From an uncultured Myxococcales bacterium (GTDB lineage: Bacteria > Myxococcota > UBA4151), in assembly GCA_964013405.1 (NCBI GenBank), contig CAXGWI010000040.1, positions 1 through 24,418 of the forward strand: 24,418 bases of DNA, written 5' to 3'. Made by a program: the position numbers and the translations under genes. The number at the start of each line of letters is the position of its first letter. Positions within the stretch are counted from its first letter, which is position 1. Positions 8,792 to 16,596 of the stretch are shown here, one piece after another. Under the pieces are notes generated by a model. The model made no database searches. It saw nothing but the letters and a program-made list of their open reading frames with translations, and was not told the origin of the DNA.

Positions 8792-9649
8792 ATGGCCAAG
8801 TCCCCAGACCCCAGTAAGGACCTGAGTGATTCGTTGGCTTGGCCAACCCTCGTTTTAGCCGCGGCATGCTTTGCGGGACTGGGTCTCAACACCGTTGCCG
8901 TGCTGCAAGGTGAACGGTCCCTCATCCTGGGTCTTCTGCTCAATACGCTCGCCATCTACCTCGCATTTACCCCCATGCACGATGCAGCCCATGGCGCCAT
9001 CAGCGGTGGTCGGGCCGGCCGTCGCTGGCTGGATGGGGTGGTGGGTTGGACCTGTGGTCTCTTGTTCCTCGCACCTTTCGTCGGCTTTCGACGCCTCCAC
9101 TTGCGGCACCACTCGGCCACCAATGACCCCCGCCGAGATCCCGACTACTGGGTGGTGTCTGACCATGGGCGGGGGGTCATGCTTCGCTGTCTCACCGTGA
9201 TCCCCCACTACTACCGATTCTTTCTGGCGGCCGGTGGTTTCGGGGGCGCTCAGCACAACAGCGAGCGAAGTCGGGCCATCGTGTTCCTCGGTGGTCTGGT
9301 GGCGACGATCTGGCTATTGATTACCGGTGGTTACCTTCATCAGGTGATGATGCTTTGGCTATTACCCGCGGTGCTTGCGAGCGGGATCTTGGCCTTCACC
9401 TTCGACTGGCTACCCCACCACCCCCATCGCAGTCGGGCTCGGTTTAAAGACACTCGGTTGCTACGGGGCTGGGGCTTGCACTGGCTGCTGGTGGCCCAGG
9501 ATCTCCATTTGGTTCACCACCTGCATCCTCGGGTGCCCTTCTATCGTTACCGCAAGCTCTATCGTCACCTCCGGCCCCAACTGGAAACAAAGGGGACGAG
9601 GATCGCGCAGCTCTGGCCTGGAGGCAGCGGATCGGAATCGGCGAGCTAG
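8792..9649 (+). CDS. Membrane fatty acid desaturase/hydroxylase superfamily protein (CrtR beta-carotene hydroxylase-like)
   Basis: Three His boxes HDAAH, HLRHH, HLVHH plus FDWLPHHP; several TM segments; starts 7 bp after the decarboxylase stop. Confidence 0.85.
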   Translation: MAKSPDPSKDLSDSLAWPTLVLAAACFAGLGLNTVAVLQGERSLILGLLLNTLAIYLAFTPMHDAAHGAISGGRAGRRWLDGVVGWTCGLLFLAPFVGFRRLHLRHHSATNDPRRDPDYWVVSDHGRGVMLRCLTVIPHYYRFFLAAGGFGGAQHNSERSRAIVFLGGLVATIWLLITGGYLHQVMMLWLLPAVLASGILAFTFDWLPHHPHRSRARFKDTRLLRGWGLHWLLVAQDLHLVHHLHPRVPFYRYRKLYRHLRPQLETKGTRIAQLWPGGSGSESAS

Positions 9650-10920
9650 GGGCAGAGGGCCAGGCAGGCTTCAGGATTCTCGCCGCGGACGCAACTTTCG
9701 CCCACTTGGGGTTCAAACAGTTCAAGCCAGCTCTCTCTCTGTGTGTCAAAGACCCAAACGTCATCGATAATGCCGCAATCTGTCTCTCCTGCGAAAAGGA
9801 TCCACTCCCCACGGGTCTCGTCCATTGCAGAAAGGTGAGCACTTCGTCGTTCTGGAGCCTCGAGATCGGGAACTGTAAAGTTGGGCGGGAAGTCACAAAA
9901 TCCGAAGGCTGCTTCTTCGATGGTTTCTCCTGGGCTTAGATTGATCCATTCGCTGCTGTTGAGGTCGTAGGACCAGGTGTCATTGTTGTTGGCCAGATCG
10001 CCGTCATTATGGCCACCGAAGAGAAGCAGGCGGTCGGTCGAAGCATCGTAGGCGATCGTGGACCAAATTCTCCCCATGGGAACGTTCGCTCCTCGTCCAT
10101 CGTGGAGCTGCTCCCAGCGCTGTTCGGCCAGGTCGAGGACCCATAGATCACCGAGGAAAGGTCCTTGCCAGGCATTGGCGTCGCCCCCGCCGTAGATGAA
10201 CAATCGTTGTCCTGCGGAGTCAACGGCGGCGGCGTGAAAGAGTCGAGGCTCGGGTTTTTCGCCCTCTGGGCGAATAGCTCGCCAGGCGCCGGTTTCTAGA
10301 TTGAGTGCGTAGGTGTCATTCTGTGGGCCAAAGGCCAAGCCATTGCGGCTCGTGTTACCACCGAAAACAATCATTTCACCCCGTTGGCGATCAAAGCCAC
10401 CAGCGGGGTTGGAGCGAGCTGTTGGACCCCCGTTTGTGGTTTCGATCTCACGCCACGTTCTCGTCGCTAAATCCAGCGCCCAAACATCACTAAAGTTGAT
10501 GTAGTCGCCTCGGTCCCGACGACGGAAACGACCCCCGAAGATCACCATCTGGTCCCCGGTCGGATCGTAAACAGCCATCCCGCGTGCCCGGGCCGGCGGC
10601 TTGTTGCCATCGATAAAGATCTCTTCGAAAGTAGCGCTCGCTGCGTCGTAGACCCAGAGGTCATCAAGCCCGACTGGGTGTGGTGCGGTCTGACAATCGA
10701 CAGGTAAGCCATCGTCACCACCAAAGAAGACCAGTTGCCGACGCTGTTCGTCAAAGGCGCCGAGCAATTCAGAGCGAGGCATCGGGCGTACTTTCTCAGC
10801 AGGCGGTATTGGTATGTTTTGTCCAGCATCCGGGGGTTCTATACCGACGTCTTCGGAGCCATTCGTGTTGGGAGAAGGGCATCCCATCACCAGAAGGGGT
10901 ACCAGAACAAAAATTCTCAT
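9646..10920 (-). CDS. Kelch-repeat (six-bladed beta-propeller) lipoprotein, 424 aa
   Basis: Start moved to ATG 10920 (MRIFVLVPLLVMGC, lipobox). Six repeats: VFFGG..LWVYD, VIFGG..VWALD, IVFGG..TYALN, FIYGG..LWVLD, LLFGG..TWSYD, ILFAG..VWVFD. Cys-rich C-terminus. Confidence 0.85.
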   Translation of the reverse strand: MRIFVLVPLLVMGCPSPNTNGSEDVGIEPPDAGQNIPIPPAEKVRPMPRSELLGAFDEQRRQLVFFGGDDGLPVDCQTAPHPVGLDDLWVYDAASATFEEIFIDGNKPPARARGMAVYDPTGDQMVIFGGRFRRRDRGDYINFSDVWALDLATRTWREIETTNGGPTARSNPAGGFDRQRGEMIVFGGNTSRNGLAFGPQNDTYALNLETGAWRAIRPEGEKPEPRLFHAAAVDSAGQRLFIYGGGDANAWQGPFLGDLWVLDLAEQRWEQLHDGRGANVPMGRIWSTIAYDASTDRLLLFGGHNDGDLANNNDTWSYDLNSSEWINLSPGETIEEAAFGFCDFPPNFTVPDLEAPERRSAHLSAMDETRGEWILFAGETDCGIIDDVWVFDTQRESWLELFEPQVGESCVRGENPEACLALCP

Positions 10921-11088
10921 TGGAACGCTCTCTTTGCGGGGGGACCCATACACTGGTTTTTCATCCAAAGCGTCATCAGAAGGTAACAAGAAATTCAGTG
11001 CAGCTTCGAATGAGATCACCCATGAATTGGTCACACATCAGAGAACACGAAGTGTCTTGAGCACACCGAGATATTCTCAAGTCTGCCG

Positions 11089-13371
11089 TTAGGGCGACGC
11101 ACCCGCAGTGATCCAAGAGGACAGAATCCGTAACTGACAGGCATCGAGGGGCTGTCCAGGGGGCATACGACCTCCGATGATCCCACCACCTCCTTCGACT
11201 TTCTCCCAGAGGTAGCTCTGCTCTGGCGAGCCTGGAACGACTATCCGGCGGCCGCTTTGTTGGGAGTCCTGTTGGGTTAAGCGAGCCTGCAAATCGGTGC
11301 CACTAAGGTAGAGGCCTGCAGCCTGATCACTCTCCCCGTGACATCCTGAGCCATTGCAGCTCCTGGCAAAGACTTGATCTCGGACGATATCAAAGGGTGC
11401 AGTCGCTCCTTCTGGAATGGGACAATCTTCGGGCTCGATCTCTACCGCTCGCATCCGTTCGATCTCCTCGAGCGTCAGCGGCCGGCTCTTGATGGGATCA
11501 TCGTGACCGATCAGGACGGTTGGCTCCCCGTCTCGAGTCTGGACCTGGTCTAAGCGCCACTCGACACCATCTCCATCGGTTTCGATATAGCGATCGGTAC
11601 CGAAGCCGACCACTTGGTCGAAGCGCTCCGCATTGGCCTCGTCTCCGGGGACGGTATGACAGCGCTCGCAACGCATGAAGGGACTCCATCGTTGCACGGT
11701 GTGGGGATGATAGGCCCGGTGGCCCATCCCGTTGGGCTCGAGTCGTTCCCCATTGCGCATGGGACCGGTGCGGACCTGCTTGTCGATCACCAGGGTGCCA
11801 TCGCCATCCACCGCCGAGAAAAACATCCGTTCGGTGGGCATGGAGGGCGTGATCTTTCCATCTGTCGAGAGCAGCAGGATTAAGTCGTCGGTACTCACCC
11901 AGCGCCGACTCCCTGAGATTTGGCCCGGCGTGGAAACCCCCGTGATGAGACTGCGCTGGACTCGCCTCATGTCCACATTGACATGGCAGCCATAGCAGGT
12001 GGGCAGCCAGCCGCTGTGGCAGGCATCGCAGGACAATTTGTCCAGATGAGAGAAGCCGTCTTCGTTTCGCCCCATCGAGCGGTGGAGGAAGGATTCCGGA
12101 CTGGCCCCTTGGATCACTCGGGCGATCTGCGTGACCTTAAGGCGTTTCTTTTGAACCTTCGTCGTGAGCCAAACATCCCCTTGGGCATCTCGCTCTAAGT
12201 TCTTCATGGGGTTACCGAGGCGGGTGGTCAGGTCGGTCTCCGCGTCACCGCTGCCGTGGCAGGTCTCGCAGCGAACCTCTGTGGCCATGTTGGTGTCATT
12301 GTAGAGGTGACCATCGCCGTGCACATCGTGGGATGTATGGCAATCGACACAGTCCATGCCCGCACGAAAGTGCACATCGGCCGGTGTCTCATCCACTTCG
12401 TTTCGAGTGTCCTCGTCGGTGATGTAGAAACTGGCGTCGTGACCATGGAGTGCCTCACCTAGGAACTCGGCATGTTCAGGTCGCAATCCGGCGCCAGCCC
12501 CCGGACGATAGCCCTTGAAAGAGGGACCGATGCGGGCCCCGCGATAATGGCAATGGAGGCACTGATCTGTCGGAATGGCGTTGGTCAGGCGGTGCTTTTC
12601 GGGATGGGGCGGTGCTTCCTTATCGATCATCGGATCATCGGAGAGGCTTCGGCCGTCGTCTCGATAGGGCATATGGCAGCCGGTACAACCGGAGCTGCGG
12701 TAGTCACCCTGGAACTTGTTGTCGCCGAAGTTCCACAGATGGCAGCGCATACAGGCCTTGGTGAGATAGAGATCTTGGAATGGTCCGATAGAGGTTTCAC
12801 CCGCTTGAATCCGCGGCTCCTCCATCCTGGTGAGCGCACCGACGGTGCCAGGCACGGCGCCCACCGCAAAGCTGGGGTCGCGCACGTCGTAGATCCCCTT
12901 GAGCGCGTTGGAGGTCCGTTGTCGCCCGGCCCGATAGCGGGCGACCCCAAGTTCACCGGAGAACGTCGCCATCTGATTGGTTTTGACGGTCTCGATAATG
13001 GCGGTGTGACAGGGACCGCAACTGGTCTCCGCAACCCGTAGATCCCCTGGGTTGATGAAGCGGAGATAATCCACTTCAACGGAGTCCAACTCGCCATGGG
13101 TGAGGTTCTTCAAAAAGTGCTCGGCGTTGGGACCGGGCTGAACGTGAGCATCGCTCATTTTTGGCTGGCTGCTGTCGCCGCCGTGGCAGTCGGTACAGCT
13201 TAGGTTTTTTCCATCCACAGGCGGGTGCGCCTCTTCGATGCCGTGGGGCGTGCCGTCGGCCTGAAGGGGGCGGTGGCAGGCGAGACAGGAGCCGCGATCG
13301 ACCTCAAGGGGGACAGGCGTCGGCCCGGGACAGGCGGCGAGCCAAAGCAGCATGGGCAAGATACGACGCAT
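11089..13371 (-). CDS. Multiheme c-type cytochrome lipoprotein (11 CXXCH plus a C-terminal CX4CH planctomycete-cytochrome-like domain)
   Basis: Lipobox LAAC (Cys14); CLACH, CTDCH, CGPCH, CMRCH, CTGCH, CLHCH, CVDCH, CETCH, CDACH, CYGCH, CERCH; C-terminal CNGSGCH...VVPGSPEQSYL...GRMPP...WITAGA. Confidence 0.92.
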   Translation of the reverse strand: MRRILPMLLWLAACPGPTPVPLEVDRGSCLACHRPLQADGTPHGIEEAHPPVDGKNLSCTDCHGGDSSQPKMSDAHVQPGPNAEHFLKNLTHGELDSVEVDYLRFINPGDLRVAETSCGPCHTAIIETVKTNQMATFSGELGVARYRAGRQRTSNALKGIYDVRDPSFAVGAVPGTVGALTRMEEPRIQAGETSIGPFQDLYLTKACMRCHLWNFGDNKFQGDYRSSGCTGCHMPYRDDGRSLSDDPMIDKEAPPHPEKHRLTNAIPTDQCLHCHYRGARIGPSFKGYRPGAGAGLRPEHAEFLGEALHGHDASFYITDEDTRNEVDETPADVHFRAGMDCVDCHTSHDVHGDGHLYNDTNMATEVRCETCHGSGDAETDLTTRLGNPMKNLERDAQGDVWLTTKVQKKRLKVTQIARVIQGASPESFLHRSMGRNEDGFSHLDKLSCDACHSGWLPTCYGCHVNVDMRRVQRSLITGVSTPGQISGSRRWVSTDDLILLLSTDGKITPSMPTERMFFSAVDGDGTLVIDKQVRTGPMRNGERLEPNGMGHRAYHPHTVQRWSPFMRCERCHTVPGDEANAERFDQVVGFGTDRYIETDGDGVEWRLDQVQTRDGEPTVLIGHDDPIKSRPLTLEEIERMRAVEIEPEDCPIPEGATAPFDIVRDQVFARSCNGSGCHGESDQAAGLYLSGTDLQARLTQQDSQQSGRRIVVPGSPEQSYLWEKVEGGGGIIGGRMPPGQPLDACQLRILSSWITAGASP

Positions 13372-13374
13372 AGA

Positions 13375-13887
13375 TCAGCCCGGATGGAGGACGACCTGGC
13401 GTTGATCAGACACGCTACGGTCTTGGACTCTAAAAGTGATGTTAAGCGGTTGCTCGACACCGTAAAGGCTTTCGAGGTGGCCGGCGAGATCATCGCCTCG
13501 GTAGGAGATGGGAATGGGAATATCGTAGGCCTCCAAGAAGCCCTCGGCAGTTCGGGAGAGGCGCAGGTCGTACTGAGTCTCTCCGATCCCATTGTCTTCA
13601 CCGAGCCCGGCCTTGATCCTTCCAAGGCTCCGCATACCGTTGACTCGAATGGATAGGTGCACCCAAACGCCCCCCTGAAATCCGTGGATGATGTGCATCT
13701 CCCCACCGGATTCAACCTCCGTAAAAAGTTGTTCCTCGTACACACCGGGGATCAGCCAAGGTTCACCGTCAAAGTCGACGGCATTAGGGTCGAGATCTTG
13801 TTGGGTCTCAATATCAGCAAAAAAGGGAGCATAATCTTCACCGCAACCGGTGATCAGAAGACTGAAACCGAGAAGCATTCTCATCAT
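13375..13887 (-). CDS. Hypothetical lipoprotein, 170 aa
   Basis: Start moved to ATG 13887 (MMRMLLGFSLLITGC, lipobox) with purine-rich GAGAGGG upstream; beta-rich body with HGFQGGVWVHLSIRV; stop lies 3 bp before the cytochrome start. Confidence 0.75.
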   Translation of the reverse strand: MMRMLLGFSLLITGCGEDYAPFFADIETQQDLDPNAVDFDGEPWLIPGVYEEQLFTEVESGGEMHIIHGFQGGVWVHLSIRVNGMRSLGRIKAGLGEDNGIGETQYDLRLSRTAEGFLEAYDIPIPISYRGDDLAGHLESLYGVEQPLNITFRVQDRSVSDQRQVVLHPG

Positions 13888-14056
13888 ACTCGCCCTCTCG
13901 CCTTGGTTCCCAACAGTTGACGACGTTGCTGTCATCCCCTTAGGACCAGTCATAGCACGGAAAAGTCGATTTGGCCGTTAAGTTTTAAAAATTCGACCAA
14001 GTCGCACCATTTACCGTGTTTCCCATCGCGTCCAAGGAAACTTAGGAGGAAGGTTA

Positions 14057-14395
14057 GTGCAAAGCTCCCAAGCCTTCAAATCCATCGATGCTATCGACAC
14101 AAAATCTCGCCTCGAACAGGGCTGGAAGCCTTTCGTTCTCGATGTCCGAGGTGCTTCGGAAGCGGCGATCTCGACCTTGGAGTTTACGGATCAACTGCAA
14201 CCGCACACCAGCGTTGGCCAGATCGCGGCGGACCTTCCCACCGATCGAGATATTTTGGTGTACTGCCGCAGTGGTGGCCGCAGTGCCTACGCCTGTGAGG
14301 TCCTCCATCAACTGGGATTGCGGAACCTTTTCAATCTCGAAGGCGGTATCAATGGCTGGGCTCAAGCCGTCGATCCAAGCTTGCCGACCTACTGA
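14057..14395 (+). CDS. Single-domain rhodanese-like sulfurtransferase
   Basis: LDVR, active-site loop VYCRSGGRS, NLEGGINGW, C-terminal VDPSLPTY; AGGAG upstream of the GTG start. Confidence 0.9.
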   Translation: MQSSQAFKSIDAIDTKSRLEQGWKPFVLDVRGASEAAISTLEFTDQLQPHTSVGQIAADLPTDRDILVYCRSGGRSAYACEVLHQLGLRNLFNLEGGINGWAQAVDPSLPTY

Positions 14396-14397
14396 GG

Positions 14398-14440
14398 GCA
14401 GGCCCCCGGCCTGCTAGCGACTGAGGCGCCCAAGGCCTCA
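14398..14440. terminator. Two short stem-loops between convergent genes (possible terminator)
   Basis: GCAGGCC-CCC-GGCCTGC (14398-14414) and TGAGGC-N7-GCCTCA (14422-14440); no clear U tract. Confidence 0.3.
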
Positions 14441-14461
14441 ACAAAGCCTACCGAGGCGAGC

Positions 14462-15943
14462 CTAGGGGGCCCGGCCCTGCTGAACCAGGGCCTCCCCCGG
14501 GTTGCCATCGCCTCCCATCGACTGGAACCAGACCACCCCGGCGACGAGCGCGAAGAGCAAAAGGATCACGGTGACGAGCGGGCCGCCAAGCATCTGGTTT
14601 TCTTGCTCCGGGCCTGGAGCGGGAGCGTCTTCTACCGCACGGTGCTCGGAGCTTGGGCTTCGAGCCGGTTGAACCGGTCGTGGCGAAGGGCTGGGCACAC
14701 CGGTCACACGGGTCGGCTCTTCCACGGATCTCGATTGGAGTTCGCCTGGGTTGGTAATCACAGTGGCATCATCGCCAGCGAGGGCCTGTGGTTCCGCGAG
14801 GTCACCCGTAGAGGCGATCACGGTCGCCTCCTCCGGGGCGCGCTCGGCGATGCCGAAGCTGCTCGCTTGGGCGACACGGGTTTGATCCTCTGGCGACGCA
14901 GTCTCGCCAGGGCCAACTTGACCAAAAACTTCATCGACAAGCTTCTGGGTCCCGAGGGGGGGGATGTCCCGGTTCGTATGGGGGTCGCCGACGATCCTTC
15001 CCTGTTGCCACCAGGCCTCAAACTCCTCCGTCGCCAGGCGGCCACCCACATGACGGAGGGTATTTCCCAAGGCTTTCGCCAATTGGGTACAGTCGTCGAA
15101 GCGAGCGTTGGGCGAGCGGTGAAGGCAGCGCATGACAATGGCTGTGAGACCGTCGGGAAGGTCGGTGGCGAGTCGGCCGAGGTGCGGCACGTCGGCTTTC
15201 TGGATACGTGTCAGGATACCGAGGTCGCTTTTTCCATCGAAGAGGCGTCCACCACAGAGCAGCTCGTAGAGTACGATCCCGAGGGTAAACTGATCGCTCC
15301 GCCCATCGAGGGGCCGGCCCTCTACCTGCTCCGGGCTCAGATAACCGAGCTTGCCTTTCACCACACCGATGGAGGTCTCCACTTGGTTGCTTGTGGCCCT
15401 TGCGATGCCAAAGTCGAGCAGCTTCGCATCCCCGGTCCGGGTGATCATAATGTTCTGGGGGCTGACATCGCGATGGACGACTTTGAGGGCCTTGCCATCG
15501 TAGTCCTTGAGGTCGTGGGCATAAGCGAGCGCATTGGCGATGTCGACAGCCATAGCGAGCACGACTCGCAAGGGCAGTTGGCCCATGGATTGGACAAGTT
15601 CTTGAAGTTCAGCCCCTTGAACGTGCTCCATCACAAGATAAAGGACGCCGTCGGCACTGCCGAAGTCCTCAACCCGGACGATGTTCGGGTGGTGGAGCAG
15701 TCCGGCCAGCCTCGCTTCGTCCTCAAATCTTGTCACGAACTCCGGTTGCTGGGCCATGTGTTCATGGATTTGTTTGATCACCACCCGCTGGGTGAAGTTC
15801 CCTGGCCCGGACTTCTCGGCCAGCCAAACCGTGCCCATGCCGCCGGCCCCCAGCATTTCAACCTTCCTATAGCGGCCAGCGAACAACTCGCTGGCTTGCC
15901 CGCTGTTTGGATTGGTGGGATGAGCCACAAGATACTCCGTCAC
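14462..15943 (-). CDS. Membrane-anchored Ser/Thr protein kinase (Pkn-type)
   Basis: GAGGMGTV, VVIK, HRDVSPQN, DFGIA, GKLGYLSPEQ; Pro/Thr-rich juxtamembrane region; TM LVTVILLLFALVAGVVWF; very short external tail. Confidence 0.92.
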   Translation of the reverse strand: MTEYLVAHPTNPNSGQASELFAGRYRKVEMLGAGGMGTVWLAEKSGPGNFTQRVVIKQIHEHMAQQPEFVTRFEDEARLAGLLHHPNIVRVEDFGSADGVLYLVMEHVQGAELQELVQSMGQLPLRVVLAMAVDIANALAYAHDLKDYDGKALKVVHRDVSPQNIMITRTGDAKLLDFGIARATSNQVETSIGVVKGKLGYLSPEQVEGRPLDGRSDQFTLGIVLYELLCGGRLFDGKSDLGILTRIQKADVPHLGRLATDLPDGLTAIVMRCLHRSPNARFDDCTQLAKALGNTLRHVGGRLATEEFEAWWQQGRIVGDPHTNRDIPPLGTQKLVDEVFGQVGPGETASPEDQTRVAQASSFGIAERAPEEATVIASTGDLAEPQALAGDDATVITNPGELQSRSVEEPTRVTGVPSPSPRPVQPARSPSSEHRAVEDAPAPGPEQENQMLGGPLVTVILLLFALVAGVVWFQSMGGDGNPGEALVQQGRAP

Positions 15944-15964
15944 TGGGGCGCAGGTTAGGTCTCA

Positions 15965-16588
15965 TTGAGCGAACTGTCACCACCTCCACTGCCATGGTCT
16001 TATCGGCCCCTCGGCCTTTTTGGGCGTTTCATCCTTTGGCTCATGGGCTGGCAGGTCAAAGGTGCGTTGCCGACTCAGAAGAAGCTGGTCTTGATCGTCG
16101 CACCCCATACCTCGACCTGGGACTTCCCCATCGCGATTGCGACCCGCTGGGCCTTGAACCTGGATGCCCGTTGGATCGGTAAACACGAACTGTTTCGTGG
16201 TCCTTTAGGCCCACTGATGCGGTGGGCTGGAGGGGTGCCAGTCGACCGCAGTCAGGCTGAGAATCTCGTGGCTGAAGTGGTGAAGCGCTTTGAGGCCTCC
16301 GATGCCTTCTGGTTGGGGATTTCGCCCGAGGGCACCCGAAGTTATACCGAGCGCTGGAAGACCGGGTTTTACCGCTTGGCCCTGGGGGCTGGCGTCCCAC
16401 TGTGGTGTGCCGCCATCGATGCAAAGACTCGCAGCCTTGATCTCGGTGTTGTGATCGAGTTGACGGGCAATGAAGACGAAGACATGGAGCGGATTCAAGC
16501 CTACTATGCGGACAAAACGGCGATTAACCCCGAGCGCTTCGGCCCGGTCCGTCTTCGGCTCCCCGAGCCACCGGACCAGACGGGCTAA
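15965..16588 (+). CDS. PlsC-family (lysophospholipid) acyltransferase
   Basis: Catalytic HTSTWD (HxxxxD), GKHELF, GGVPVDR, SPEGTR, KTGFY; start codon uncertain (TTG). Confidence 0.88.
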   Translation: MSELSPPPLPWSYRPLGLFGRFILWLMGWQVKGALPTQKKLVLIVAPHTSTWDFPIAIATRWALNLDARWIGKHELFRGPLGPLMRWAGGVPVDRSQAENLVAEVVKRFEASDAFWLGISPEGTRSYTERWKTGFYRLALGAGVPLWCAAIDAKTRSLDLGVVIELTGNEDEDMERIQAYYADKTAINPERFGPVRLRLPEPPDQTG

Positions 16589-16596
16589 GTGGGGTG

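Noticed and set aside
9646..9649. Shared CTAG stop of the convergent desaturase and Kelch genes as a special signal
   Set aside because: Four-base convergent stop overlaps are common in compact genomes.
10921..11088. Riboswitch or hammerhead ribozyme upstream of the Kelch gene (minus strand contains CTGATGA...GAAA)
   Set aside because: The segment between the core motifs cannot form stem II, and the 5' consensus of a fluoride riboswitch is absent; only weak short inverted repeats are present.
14603..15958. Long antisense or alternate-frame ORFs (14603-15958, 3495-4388, 3404-4342, 7051-7890, 22427-23221, 27-677 and others)
   Set aside because: Shadow ORFs of well-supported genes, expected in high-GC DNA; no recognisable motifs.
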